Shown: piece by piece, positions 8,246 through 17,840 of the stretch
Layout: each line of letters starts with the position of its first letter
How positions within the stretch are numbered: the first letter of the stretch is position 1
Source of the DNA: an uncultured Bryocella sp.
Lineage (GTDB): Bacteria; Acidobacteriota; Terriglobia; Terriglobales; Acidobacteriaceae
NCBI GenBank assembly: GCA_964248555.1
Contig: CAXTZL010000001.1
Span: 1 to 51,193 of the forward strand
DNA: 51,193 nucleotides
Direction: 5' to 3'
The notes under the pieces: model-generated
Database searches by the model: none
The model's input: only the letters and a program-made list of their open reading frames with translations
Told to the model about the DNA's origin: nothing
Program-made: the position numbers and the translations under genes

Positions 8246-9552
8246 GAGTCGCCGTGAACTCGCCGCGCCTGACCTCCGATCTGCAGCTCCTTGCAGGGCT
8301 GACGGACTGCCCCGCGACGACGGATCGGACGCTCCCGGAACCCACACAGGCAGTCACCCGCATCGTTTTCACGCGGCGCGATCTCCAAGCGCGAGCCTAT
8401 CTGAAGGCACTCGCCATCGAGGCCGGACTCACCGTGCGCGAGGACGCTGTAGGCAATACCTTCTTTCGCTGGGAAGGCTCCGAGTCGCAGTTGGCCCCCG
8501 TCGGCACCGGATCGCACACCGACGCGATTCCACATGCGGGGATGTACGACGGCACGGTGGGCGTCCTGGGTGGCTTGGAGGCGCTGCGCGCCCTGCGCGA
8601 AGCCGGCTTCAGGCCGCGGCGCTCGCTCGAGCTCGTCCTGTTCACCAGTGAAGAACCGACCCGCTTCGGCATCGGCTGCCTGGGCTCCCGGCTGCTCGGC
8701 GGCGTGCTCGCCGCCGAAACCGCCGATGCCCTGCCCGACCGCCTGCACGAAACCGAACCGGACGCCCCCGCAGGCGGCACGCTGCGAACGGTGCGGGAGA
8801 CCGCAGGTTTCCGCAGTTCGCGTGACGAGGTCAGACTGAAGCCGGGCCATTACGATGCCTGGCTGGAGCTTCACATCGAGCAGGGGCCCCTGCTCGAGCG
8901 CGACGGCCTCGACTGTGGCATTGTGACGGCGATCGCCGGGCCTTCCGCCTACCGCTTCACCGTCGAAGGCTTCGGAGGACATGCAGGGGCACTGCTGATG
9001 CCGGATCGCCGCGATGCCCTGACCGCCGCGGCGGAGCTCGTGCTTGCCATCGAAGCCGCGACGCTTGCGGCAAATCGCGATGCCGGCGGAGCGGACACCG
9101 TCGCCACGGTCGGCACCCTGAGCGTGCATCCCGGAGCCGTCAACTCCGTGCCCTCACGCGTCAGCTTCAGCCTCGATCTGCGCGACACCGACGCCACCCG
9201 GCGCGAAGGCGTGCTCCGTTCCATTCGCACCGCGGTACAAGATGTCGAAAGTCGCCGCAAGGTGCGCGTTACCGAAGAGTTCATCAACGCCGACAATCCA
9301 ACGCTTGCCGATCCACGGCTCGTGGGCGTTCTGGAAGAGGCCTGCCGGGAGCAGGGTGCGAGCTTCCGTCAGATGGTCTCCCGCGCCTACCATGACACCA
9401 GCTTTATGGCCCGGATCGCGCCCGTGGCGATGCTCTTCATCCCCTGCCGGAACGGCGTTTCACACCGCCCGGACGAGTTCGCCACCCCCGGGGCCATCGT
9501 CCGTGGCGTCGCCGTACTGGCCGAGGCATTGGCTCGGCTTTCGCAGGCATAG
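8242..9552 (+). CDS. M20 amidohydrolase, probable (S)-ureidoglycolate amidohydrolase (plant UAH-like)
   Basis: AVTRIVF, VREDAVGN, GSHTDAIP, FTSEEPTRFGIGCLGSRLL, GGHAGALLM, SRAYHD, FIPC..GVSHRPDEF, recalled as close to plant UAH; ATGA overlap with allE. Confidence 0.75.
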   Translation: MRVAVNSPRLTSDLQLLAGLTDCPATTDRTLPEPTQAVTRIVFTRRDLQARAYLKALAIEAGLTVREDAVGNTFFRWEGSESQLAPVGTGSHTDAIPHAGMYDGTVGVLGGLEALRALREAGFRPRRSLELVLFTSEEPTRFGIGCLGSRLLGGVLAAETADALPDRLHETEPDAPAGGTLRTVRETAGFRSSRDEVRLKPGHYDAWLELHIEQGPLLERDGLDCGIVTAIAGPSAYRFTVEGFGGHAGALLMPDRRDALTAAAELVLAIEAATLAANRDAGGADTVATVGTLSVHPGAVNSVPSRVSFSLDLRDTDATRREGVLRSIRTAVQDVESRRKVRVTEEFINADNPTLADPRLVGVLEEACREQGASFRQMVSRAYHDTSFMARIAPVAMLFIPCRNGVSHRPDEFATPGAIVRGVAVLAEALARLSQA

Positions 9553-9589
9553 GCGCGCTTTCAAGCGCTACTTCCCCTTTTACCATCCC

Positions 9590-9618
9590 AAAACAAACGC
9601 CCGAGCCGAAGCCCGGGC
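9590..9618 (-). terminator. Intrinsic terminator of the TonB-dependent receptor gene
   Basis: Minus strand GCCCGGGC-TTCG-GCTCGGGC (UUCG tetraloop, one G-U pair) then GTTTGTTTT. Confidence 0.75.
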
Positions 9619-9637
9619 CTCTGCATCTTGCGCTTCG

Positions 9638-12600
9638 TTAAAAGTTGAACGACGCCTGGAGCGAGATCCGTCGCACGGCGCTCTGCTGTGTATACGGCCC
9701 ACCCTGCAGCACGAGGCTGCGGCCAAAGTTCGTCGGGCCCGCATCCAGTTGTGCTATCGGCACTGCCGGATCCGTATTGCCGAAGAGGTTCTGAGCGATC
9801 ACACCAATCGTGGCGCTGTAGCGCCGGCCGGTGCTGGTGCCGCCGAAGCCACCCCGGCCGCCGCCGCCAGGACCACCGCCACGGCCCCCGCCACCCCCGC
9901 CGCCAGGTCCACCCTGACCACCACCGCCATTGCCCCCACGGGCGATTTTCTCGCCAAAGCCGAAGCTCTTGGTCAGGCGAAGATTTGTGCTGAACAGGTT
10001 GGGGCCGGTGCAGGCATTGATGGGTGCCGTGCTGTACCCGGCGACGGCGCCTGGCTGCGCAAAAGCCAGGCCGCAGGAGCCGATGCCCAGGATGGAGTTG
10101 CCGTTCGCCATCGAGAGTGGCACGGCTTCGGGCCGCTCGTTGAAGTAGCTGTCGCTGAGCGGATCCGAGCCCAGCGTTACGTTATACGGCTGACCGCTTT
10201 GGCCGATGATAAAAGGGCTTAGCTGAATAAAGTGCGGCAGGGTCACCGAGGCAAACATCACGCCAAAGTTACGGCGATCAAAACTCGTGCGGCCCAGGTC
10301 GGCCTGGATGTCGTACGGCACGGAGATGGGCGACGCCGCGCCCGAGCTGTCCCCCTTGGCAAAATTCAGCGAGTAAAAGCCAGATAGCGAAAGGAACTTC
10401 AGCTGCGTGCGCCCATTCACGTTCAGCTGGTCCTGGTGGAACTGGCCTTCCGAGAAGTATTCATTATTCACAGCATTCGGCGGGGTCGTTCCGTTGGTTG
10501 GATAGAACGCATCCTGCAGCGCAAGCTGATGTACGCCAAGGGAGTGCAGGTAGTTCACCGACACCGTGCCATGCTTACCCACAGACTGATCGAATCCGCC
10601 CGCAAACTCTTCCAGGTACGGCGAGCGCAGGGTGGGCGCGATCGTCCCGTTCGACTGCGTATAGACCGAGGAAGCCGTCGCGCTCAGCAGGGGTGTGCAG
10701 GCGGCCACATTGGCAGGGCTGCAGCCGCTGCCGGTTGGAATCGAAGGCACGGTATAGAGCGTTTCGGCGATGCCGTTGTAGCGGAACAGATTGAGCAGGT
10801 AGTTCGTCCCGAAGCGGTCATAGAAGATACCGAAGCCGGCGCGCAACACGGTGCTGGGAGCGCTCTTGCTTTTGCCCACGCCGTAGGCCACGCTCAGGCG
10901 CGGCGCGAAGTCATGATGATCGGGAAGGTTGTTCTGGGTCTCATAACGCAGGCCGTAGCTCAGGGTGAGGTTGCTCATCGGCTTCCAGTCGTCCTCGGCA
11001 TAGATCCCAAGATCGGCATAGGTATACCGCACGCTGGGAACATTAAGCCGGGTGAGCTGATATTGCGAAGGCACGCCGGTGGCATAGCTGTGGTCCGCAT
11101 TGCCGGAAGTCCCTGCCGTCACGTTTCCCGCGTTGGTCAACGAGGAATAGGTGAAGGCGCCATTAGTATTGCTCGCGGCGTACTCGGCCTCCCGCGTAAT
11201 GCGCAGCCGGCCGCCGAAGCGAAAAAAGTTCTTGGGAATCGCGAGCGACGTGTAGTTCTGCACTTCGAAGTGATCCTGGTGATCCGATGTGTTCTGTATC
11301 GACGCGCCACCCGAGGTGAAGTAGCCCTGCACGCTGACTAGCGGAGCCGTGCTCAGCGCGGCGTCGGCAACGTGCTCACGCTCATACTCAAAACGCGTTT
11401 CGTTGATGAGCTTTGGGCTCCAGGTCTGCGTGTCGCTCAGCTGCACAATCGTCGACTTGCTATCGGAGTTATATGCCGTGGATGGCAGCGTCAGGCCGCC
11501 GCTCAGGCCTGCATTGGTTGCGTCGTTCTGCACGTACTGGAAGCGAGCCGTCAGCACGTTCTTTTCGCCCAGGGCGAAATCGAATCGCGGCGAAATGTCC
11601 GTGCGTACCTGCGGGTAGTGCGTGAACGTCTGATACGGAGTGGATTGGCAGGCCGCCTGTCCGGGGGCACACAGGGTTGTGCCTCCCGCGATCGGCGCAA
11701 AGATGGTGGCGTTAGTCAGCTCGTCATCTTCGATGTCACGATGCGACCCACCCACGGAGAACGAAGAGCTCTTGTTGATCGGTCCCGTGATGCTGCCGAA
11801 CAGAAAAAGGGTGTGATATGGCGGTTGCGCGGCGCTGCTCAACGGATTGCCGGAGTTGAACTGCGACGGATTGCCGTTGACCTGGAAGTTACCGTGAAAT
11901 TTGTCCGTACCCGGCTTGGTGAAAACCTCCACACGGCCGTAGCCGATGCGGTCATACTCCGCCGAAAACGGATTCTGATTGATGCGGATCTCACGAATCG
12001 AGGACTTGGGCGGCAGCTGTCCGCCGGTAAAGCCGTCCACATAGATCTGGCCGCCATTGGGTCCGGCAGCGGGCCCGGCAAGGGCCGTCAGCTCGGACTG
12101 CAGCTCATCCGGATCGTCTGAGAGCGCCTCCAGATCCTTGCCCCGGATTACGGTGGAACTGGCAGCCGCATCCGGATCCACACTCAACTGCAGCGCGTTC
12201 GCGTCCACGTTCACGACGACGTTCTGCTGCCCGATCTGCAGCTTGGCATCCATCGTCACGCCGGCTACCGGGGCGATGCGGAGGCCCTGCACGGAATAGC
12301 TGCTGAAACCGGGCATGGTGACAAGCAGATTGTAGGGACCGGGCGCCAGGTTCAGGCTGTAGGTACCGTCCGGGCCGGAGGTAGTTTTGCGAACCGCGCC
12401 GCCCGGCGTCGTGTACGTCACCGAGGCGCCCGGAATGGCCGCGCCATCCGGATCAGCCACCGTGCCATGCACCCGGGTGGCGGTGACGGGCAGCTGGCTG
12501 CCGGCCGACAGGGCGGCACCCTGAGCGGCCTGCACCGGCACAGGCGAAGTGGGTATTGTGCCGGGCACAGGGGCGCCGGTCTGATTCGCGGTCTGGGCGC

Positions 12601-12661
12601 CGGCCGCGGTGCCCAGCAGCAGGCCAACACCGCCCGTATACAAAACCTTGGTCAGGTCCAT
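9638..12661 (-). CDS. TonB-dependent receptor-like outer-membrane protein with N-terminal carboxypeptidase-regulatory-like domain (Oar-type)
   Basis: Signal peptide, GTVADPDGAAIPGASV domain, plug NPFSAEY..GRVEVFTKPGTDKFHG, barrel YAEDDWK..LTLSYGLRYE, terminal Phe; SD AGGAGA favours ATG 12661. Confidence 0.88.
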   Translation of the reverse strand: MDLTKVLYTGGVGLLLGTAAGAQTANQTGAPVPGTIPTSPVPVQAAQGAALSAGSQLPVTATRVHGTVADPDGAAIPGASVTYTTPGGAVRKTTSGPDGTYSLNLAPGPYNLLVTMPGFSSYSVQGLRIAPVAGVTMDAKLQIGQQNVVVNVDANALQLSVDPDAAASSTVIRGKDLEALSDDPDELQSELTALAGPAAGPNGGQIYVDGFTGGQLPPKSSIREIRINQNPFSAEYDRIGYGRVEVFTKPGTDKFHGNFQVNGNPSQFNSGNPLSSAAQPPYHTLFLFGSITGPINKSSSFSVGGSHRDIEDDELTNATIFAPIAGGTTLCAPGQAACQSTPYQTFTHYPQVRTDISPRFDFALGEKNVLTARFQYVQNDATNAGLSGGLTLPSTAYNSDSKSTIVQLSDTQTWSPKLINETRFEYEREHVADAALSTAPLVSVQGYFTSGGASIQNTSDHQDHFEVQNYTSLAIPKNFFRFGGRLRITREAEYAASNTNGAFTYSSLTNAGNVTAGTSGNADHSYATGVPSQYQLTRLNVPSVRYTYADLGIYAEDDWKPMSNLTLSYGLRYETQNNLPDHHDFAPRLSVAYGVGKSKSAPSTVLRAGFGIFYDRFGTNYLLNLFRYNGIAETLYTVPSIPTGSGCSPANVAACTPLLSATASSVYTQSNGTIAPTLRSPYLEEFAGGFDQSVGKHGTVSVNYLHSLGVHQLALQDAFYPTNGTTPPNAVNNEYFSEGQFHQDQLNVNGRTQLKFLSLSGFYSLNFAKGDSSGAASPISVPYDIQADLGRTSFDRRNFGVMFASVTLPHFIQLSPFIIGQSGQPYNVTLGSDPLSDSYFNERPEAVPLSMANGNSILGIGSCGLAFAQPGAVAGYSTAPINACTGPNLFSTNLRLTKSFGFGEKIARGGNGGGGQGGPGGGGGGGRGGGPGGGGRGGFGGTSTGRRYSATIGVIAQNLFGNTDPAVPIAQLDAGPTNFGRSLVLQGGPYTQQSAVRRISLQASFNF

Positions 12662-12784
12662 CGTTCTCCTCGAAAGCAAACACAGTTTTGCAGGGGGTGT
12701 TTTCGCCCATTTCCAGCCGGGGCGAAAGCCGGTGATGCCGATCCTTGAAAACCGGCAGCGAAGATCTGAGTGCGGGCCTGCACG

Positions 12785-13969
12785 CTAGCTACCGCCCCCG
12801 CCTTCACCCTCGGCCTCGCCACCCCCGATATTCCAGGGAGACAGCGTCGTTTCCCCAGTTGGGTGCGCCGCCAGAATGCTTTCCACGCCGGCCAGCAGCG
12901 TGATCGCGGTGGGTTCGCCACCGTCGCCGGCATTGGAGGCCACAACCATCACGGCGTCGCCCGGCTTTAAATCGGCCAGCGTCTCCGTCGGAAAACGGTT
13001 CATCATGCGGGAAAGATCGCCACCGGCCCGGCCGCCTCCACCACCCTCCCGGCCGCCACCACCCTCCCGGCCGCCACTGCCTGCTGCCGCGGTGGGCGTA
13101 GCCTGTGCCGGGGCTTCGCCGGTCGCCGCGCCTGTGCTGCGTCCGGCCATGGCCTGCCCCGCGGCCGCCGGCATGCGCCGCACATTGCTTGAAGCCGTCA
13201 CATTCACCGTCACCGTGCGTTTGCTGGCGAGATCCTTCAACGTGACGGTTCCGGCTGAAGCGTCCACAGAGGAGATGATTCCTGAAAAATTGCTGAACGA
13301 GCCGGCAACAATCTCATCCGCTGCGATCGAAAGCCCATCCGGCGTCTTCGAGCCGCGTGCACGTACCTGGTCGCCGGGATGAATCGCGGAAACCGAGCTG
13401 GGCACGGCATCCTCAAACCGCACCGAACCGCCAGCGTAGCGCCGAACCACCGTACGCGGCGTCGTCTGCACGGTAAGGGAATGCAAACCGCTGGAGACGT
13501 TGATGTTGCCGTTATCCGGGTCCACCGAGCGGACGATGCCCCCCACGCCCTGCGCCCACGCGGCCTGCTCGGCGGCGCGGCTGGCCGAAATAGCGCCCGA
13601 CTTCATCACGATCACGCGGCTGGCGTGCAGCGTATCTCCGGTGTCGCCGGCGGTGCCATTCACAATCGCGCGGTCGCCGGCTGCAATGTCGGCAACGGTT
13701 CCCTTTGCCGCAGATTTCAGGTCATGGCTCCCGGGCTGCACCAGCAACACCGTCGTACCGGAGGCAACGCCTACCTGAACGTCCTGACCGGTAGCCGTGG
13801 TCAGCACAAGAGACTGATCCGCAACCGTCTTCACCGTTCCACTCTGATGGGGAACAGCATTGGCCGCAGCACCGGTGGTCTGCGCCACGCCCTGGCCGGA
13901 AGGGCCGACGGCAACCAAAGCGAGACCGAATAAAGCCACCTGCATGTACTTCGTAGACATCGCTTGCAT
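12785..13969 (-). CDS. Exported protein with three repeated OB-fold-like (DUF5666-like) units and a Gly-rich linker
   Basis: Signal peptide; three G.V.SVD...L.V....T...GD.V repeats; SD GGAGG 8 nt upstream. Confidence 0.7.
   Translation of the reverse strand: MQAMSTKYMQVALFGLALVAVGPSGQGVAQTTGAAANAVPHQSGTVKTVADQSLVLTTATGQDVQVGVASGTTVLLVQPGSHDLKSAAKGTVADIAAGDRAIVNGTAGDTGDTLHASRVIVMKSGAISASRAAEQAAWAQGVGGIVRSVDPDNGNINVSSGLHSLTVQTTPRTVVRRYAGGSVRFEDAVPSSVSAIHPGDQVRARGSKTPDGLSIAADEIVAGSFSNFSGIISSVDASAGTVTLKDLASKRTVTVNVTASSNVRRMPAAAGQAMAGRSTGAATGEAPAQATPTAAAGSGGREGGGGREGGGGGRAGGDLSRMMNRFPTETLADLKPGDAVMVVASNAGDGGEPTAITLLAGVESILAAHPTGETTLSPWNIGGGEAEGEGGGGS
13041..13076. repeat. Perfect 18-bp tandem duplication encoding the repeated GGREGG
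   Basis: CCACCCTCCCGGCCGCCA x2. Confidence 0.85.
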
Positions 13970-14085
13970 CCTGTCAGCCTCCCCCCACGCGGGCCGGCCG
14001 TAGTTCCTGTATCTGGCGTGCAGGGGGAGGGGCGAAAGGCTTACGCCATCCGGTCACTTCCCCTGCTGAACGCGCTGCTAGCTTG

Positions 14086-14112
14086 AATACGCTTCGCCTG
14101 CGGGAAAGTTTC
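14086..14112 (-). promoter_or_regulatory. Putative ECF-sigma promoter
   Basis: Minus strand GAAAC-N16-CGTATT, matching the AAC/CGT ECF pattern, about 115 nt upstream of ATG 13969. Confidence 0.5.
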
Positions 14113-14182
14113 TACCCGGCTGACTCTTCTTTTTTGGCAGTTCCCTCGAACCCCGACATGCTTTCGACCCGCTCGTTCAAAC

Positions 14183-16105
14183 TCACGGCAGCCTGGAATC
14201 CAACGTCATCGGCAGATCAAGATGCGAAGGAAATTTGGGCGAGTCGTAGATCGTCACCGTCTCCGCCTGGTACGCCGGCGCAGGCGCCGTCATGATGTTC
14301 GGCACATAGGTCTGCGGGTTGCGGTCATAGAGCGGAAACCAGCTGGACTGCACCTCCACCATCATGCGGTGGCCCTTCAGGAAGGTGTGGTCCACCCCGT
14401 GCAGGCTCCACCTGTACTCGTTCACCTCGCTCGGCTTTACCGGTTCGGGCGTTGTGAAGCTGTGGCGATAGCGGCCACGCAGGATCTCCTCCGCCACCAT
14501 CCCCTCGTACCCCGTCGCCGGATCCACATCGATCAGCTTCACGATCCAGTCGCTGTCCGTACCCGTTGTGGCCGCAAACAGGTCTGCCGTCACATCCCCG
14601 GTCACGGTCACATCCGAGGGCAGCACCGGCGTTTGAAAGTTGGCCAGGTCCTTGCGCCCGGAGACGAAGTCCTGGTTCTCCACCAGCCACGTGCGCCAGG
14701 TGGAACCCTCGCCATAGGTGGACTGAATCGGCCGGTGACGGTACGGAACCGGGTCCGCAGGATCGGCCACATACGCCGCCGAGTGCGCGTCGTAAGCCCC
14801 CGCCGGCTGCGCCGCCGTCAGCAACTTGTCCGCTGCAAGGTACACCTTGACGGTGTGATAACCCTCGACAGGCGGCCACGCCGGGTAGCGGTGCCATTGG
14901 TTTTCGCCCGTGCGGAAGCTGGCCGTGTCGGCGAGATCGAAACCCGGCTTGCCCTTCAGGTAGTACTCGAAAAAGGGCGATTCAAAGGTCGCGCGGTAGT
15001 AGGCCCCGGTGTCCTGGCCACCGAACTGGATGCCGCCCCACTGGCTCATCAGCTCGTTGCCCGGTCCACGTGCCCAGCCGCCATGGTTCCACGGTCCCAG
15101 CACCATGAACACCTTGTGCAGCGGGTCGCTTGCGTTCTCCTTCGGGCGAAGCGAGGCATACTCCGCCTGCGGTCCCCACATGTCTTCCTGGTCCCAGTAG
15201 CCGCCCACCTCCAGCGTCGGCACCTCGGGTTTGCCGAGCCGCCGCTGGACAGCCATGTCCTGCCAGAATTTCGTATACGTCGGCTGCATCAGAAACTTTT
15301 GTGCCGTGGGCAGATCGGTCATCCCCGCAGAAGCCGCTGCACCCGCAAAATCCACATGCTGCAGAAAGAAGGTGTACTGATCTTCCTTCGCACTGACACG
15401 TGCATCCGTTTTCTGCGCCTCCAGTTGCTGCACATAGTCAAAGCCGTAGGTCTCCCGAAAGGCGCCGTTGTGGAAAAAGTCATCGCCCAGCCAAACATCG
15501 GTCATCGGCGCCTGCGGACTGATCGCCTTCACCGCCGGCTGCGCGTCCACCCCGGCCATCATCGCCAGGAATCCGGGATAGCTGATCCCCAGCACACCCA
15601 CCTTCGCGCTGTTGTTGGGTACATTCTTCAGTAGCCAGTCGATCGTGTCGCGCGTGTCCGTGGTCTCGTCCACTGCGCTCTTGCCCGAGTGCGCCACCAC
15701 GGGCCGGTTCATCACGAACTGCCCTTCGGAGCCGTAACGCCCGCGGATGTCCTGGAACACAAAGATGTAGCCGCTCGCGGCCAGGTCCGGCTTGCCGCTC
15801 TCGATCGCCCGTGCCGTGGTGTTGGCAATGCCGTAGGGCGTGCGCTGCATCAGGAACGGCAACGGCGTCCCACCCGCATCGCTCTTCTGCGGACGGTAGT
15901 AGATCGTGTGCAGCTTCGCCCCATCGCGCATCGGAATCATCACCTCCGACCGCACATACAGCGGCCCGGCGTACCCCGCGGGGGCAGCTTCATCCTGCAC
16001 GCCAGCGGGATCGGGAAGATTCGCCGGCGGCTGCTGCGCCATGAGACTCGCTCCGCTGAGCACCATCACAACACTCGTCACACCCACTAAGACGGTCCGA
16101 TTCAT
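14183..16105 (-). CDS. CocE/NonD family hydrolase (alpha-amino acid ester hydrolase-like), exported
   Basis: MRDGAKL, RTPY, QDIRGRYGSEG, nucleophile GISYPG, WDQED, GPWNHG, QSSWFPLYDRNPQ; signal peptide. Confidence 0.9.
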   Translation of the reverse strand: MNRTVLVGVTSVVMVLSGASLMAQQPPANLPDPAGVQDEAAPAGYAGPLYVRSEVMIPMRDGAKLHTIYYRPQKSDAGGTPLPFLMQRTPYGIANTTARAIESGKPDLAASGYIFVFQDIRGRYGSEGQFVMNRPVVAHSGKSAVDETTDTRDTIDWLLKNVPNNSAKVGVLGISYPGFLAMMAGVDAQPAVKAISPQAPMTDVWLGDDFFHNGAFRETYGFDYVQQLEAQKTDARVSAKEDQYTFFLQHVDFAGAAASAGMTDLPTAQKFLMQPTYTKFWQDMAVQRRLGKPEVPTLEVGGYWDQEDMWGPQAEYASLRPKENASDPLHKVFMVLGPWNHGGWARGPGNELMSQWGGIQFGGQDTGAYYRATFESPFFEYYLKGKPGFDLADTASFRTGENQWHRYPAWPPVEGYHTVKVYLAADKLLTAAQPAGAYDAHSAAYVADPADPVPYRHRPIQSTYGEGSTWRTWLVENQDFVSGRKDLANFQTPVLPSDVTVTGDVTADLFAATTGTDSDWIVKLIDVDPATGYEGMVAEEILRGRYRHSFTTPEPVKPSEVNEYRWSLHGVDHTFLKGHRMMVEVQSSWFPLYDRNPQTYVPNIMTAPAPAYQAETVTIYDSPKFPSHLDLPMTLDSRLP

Positions 16106-16141
16106 CCTCGCTCTGTCTCCCTTGCTCTTGCCCTGTCTCCC

Positions 16142-16372
16142 TTACTGTTGTCCAGTGAGATTGCCCGGGCTGGCCATGCACTGCCACCCTTGCCGCGCAT
16201 GCGATCCATCGCAGAACGGCCGCTTTTCGCTCAAACCACAACGGCAAAGACTCACGGCCGGCTTGCCGGTAAGGTCCCACGTTTGTCCATCCGCATCCTT
16301 GAGCACAATGTGCCCTTCCACGCGCAACGGCCCATTCGGCCGCACGGTGATATAAACCGGTTCTTCTGCCAC
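16142..16372 (-). CDS. CDGSH iron-sulfur domain protein
   Basis: NGPLRV and LCRCGLSEKRPFCDGSH [2Fe-2S] motif; SD GGAGGA before GTG. Confidence 0.9.
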   Translation of the reverse strand: MAEEPVYITVRPNGPLRVEGHIVLKDADGQTWDLTGKPAVSLCRCGLSEKRPFCDGSHARQGWQCMASPGNLTGQQ

Positions 16373-16423
16373 GATCTTCCTCCGAAACTGCTGTCTGGCC
16401 AGAATAGCAGCGATAACCGTGGC

Positions 16424-17047
16424 CTAGCGCTGCTGCCAAATGCATTCGGTCTCCAACACGAATCCGGCAAGGGGGCCTTCACCCTGTACGTTGACGGGCC
16501 GCTCCAGCACCTCGGGACGCGCGATGCCGGGCCGGTAAATCTCCACCGCCTGCCGTTCCGGATCGATCAGCCATGCCAGCTGCACGCCGTTGCGGAGCCA
16601 CTCGCCCATCTTGGCCTGCAGATCGGGCAGGCGGTCGCTTGGCGAGCGCAGCTCGATCACGAACTGGGGGCAAAGCGGTGCAAATCCACGGCGGCGCTGT
16701 TCTGGCGTCAGGGTTTCCCATTGCGCACGCGACGCGGTTGCCGCATCCGGCGAACGCATGGAGCCGTCGGGGAGCCGGAACCCGGTGAAAGAACCGAAAA
16801 CCACAACCGCATCGGCAGCCCGCGCCCAAAGACCCAGCTGCAGGTTGATCTCGGAATCGGTTTGGCCCGCTCCGGTTCCGGTCGGCGACGTCACGGTAAG
16901 CTCTCCATTCGGTTCACGTTCTACGCGCAGCACATCGTTTGCTGCGCAGAACTGCAACAGCTCCTCGTCGCTCATGGGGTGCTCGAGACAGATCCGAAGG
17001 GGCAGCGGCAGGTTCGCGAGATGGAACGGGATCTGCGGATCTTCCAT
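16424..17047 (-). CDS. Uma2 (DUF820) family PD-(D/E)xK endonuclease-like protein
   Basis: RVER..GEL, GFRLPDGSMRSPDAA, PQFVIELRSPSD, KMGEW..NGV.LAWLIDP. Start moved to ATG 17047, preceded by TACACT+6 nt. Confidence 0.88.
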   Translation of the reverse strand: MEDPQIPFHLANLPLPLRICLEHPMSDEELLQFCAANDVLRVEREPNGELTVTSPTGTGAGQTDSEINLQLGLWARAADAVVVFGSFTGFRLPDGSMRSPDAATASRAQWETLTPEQRRRGFAPLCPQFVIELRSPSDRLPDLQAKMGEWLRNGVQLAWLIDPERQAVEIYRPGIARPEVLERPVNVQGEGPLAGFVLETECIWQQR

Positions 17048-17085
17048 AGCTGCAGTGTAAGCCTGCCCTGAAGGGGACTCCAACG

Positions 17086-17829
17086 CTACATCGCAGCCGC
17101 CAGACACGCCTTTTGCGCCTCCAGCAAGTCACGAATGCCACCCTCGGCCGCGTCCAGCATCTCGTTCAGCTGCGCGCGGGAATAGGTCTCCCGCTCCGCC
17201 GTCGCCTGCGTCTCCACCAGACCGCCCGAAGCCGTCATCACCACGTTCATATCCACCTCGGCACGCGAATCTTCCTCGTAATTCAGATCCAGCAGCACCG
17301 TCCCGTCCACCACCCCGACCGAGGTCGCGGCCACCATCTCGCGAATGGGATTCTGCTTGAGCGTGCCCGCCTCCACCAGACGGCCCAGCGCAATGGCCAG
17401 CGCCGTGCAGGCCCCGGTGATCGCCGCCGTACGCGTCCCGCCGTCGGCCTGCAGCACATCGCAATCCAGGATCACCGTACGTTCGCCCAACAGCTTCATG
17501 TCGACCACCGAACGCAGGCTGCGGCCAATCAGGCGCTGAATCTCATGAGTGCGTCCGCCCACCTTGCCGCGTTCGCTTTCCCGTGCCGTACGGGTCAGGG
17601 TGGCGCGCGGCAGCATGCCGTATTCGGCCGTCACCCAGCCACGCCCGGAGTTTCGCAGCCATCCCGGCAGGGTCCCCTCAATCGTGGCATTGCACAGAAC
17701 GCGCGTGTGACCCGTTTCGATCAACACGGAACCTTCAGCGGTAGCAACAAAGTGCGGTGTCAGGCGAAGCGGACGCGCAGCACGCGGGAGGCGGCCATCA
17801 CCGCGAGGCAAGGAAAGGTCGGAAGGCAT
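17086..17829 (-). CDS. rph: Ribonuclease PH
   Basis: [56 protein letters not shown]. Confidence 0.96.
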   Translation of the reverse strand: MPSDLSLPRGDGRLPRAARPLRLTPHFVATAEGSVLIETGHTRVLCNATIEGTLPGWLRNSGRGWVTAEYGMLPRATLTRTARESERGKVGGRTHEIQRLIGRSLRSVVDMKLLGERTVILDCDVLQADGGTRTAAITGACTALAIALGRLVEAGTLKQNPIREMVAATSVGVVDGTVLLDLNYEEDSRAEVDMNVVMTASGGLVETQATAERETYSRAQLNEMLDAAEGGIRDLLEAQKACLAAAM

Positions 17830-17834
17830 ACCTG

Positions 17835-17840
17835 ATTATA
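17835..17840 (-). promoter_or_regulatory. Consensus -10 element, leaderless-type, for rph
   Basis: TATAAT 5 nt before ATG 17829; no SD. Confidence 0.7.

Noticed and set aside
14222-15634. Long antisense or alternative-frame ORFs (e.g. 14222-15634, 31732-32886, 35566-36807, 36804-38222, 38723-39742)
   Set aside because: They overlap genes with clear family motifs, are Arg/Pro/Ala-rich with no motifs, and are expected shadows in high-GC DNA.
16424-17047. Uma2 nuclease as a defence system or mobile element
   Set aside because: Solitary member of a commonly expanded family, with no methylase, partner gene, repeats or mobility signs.
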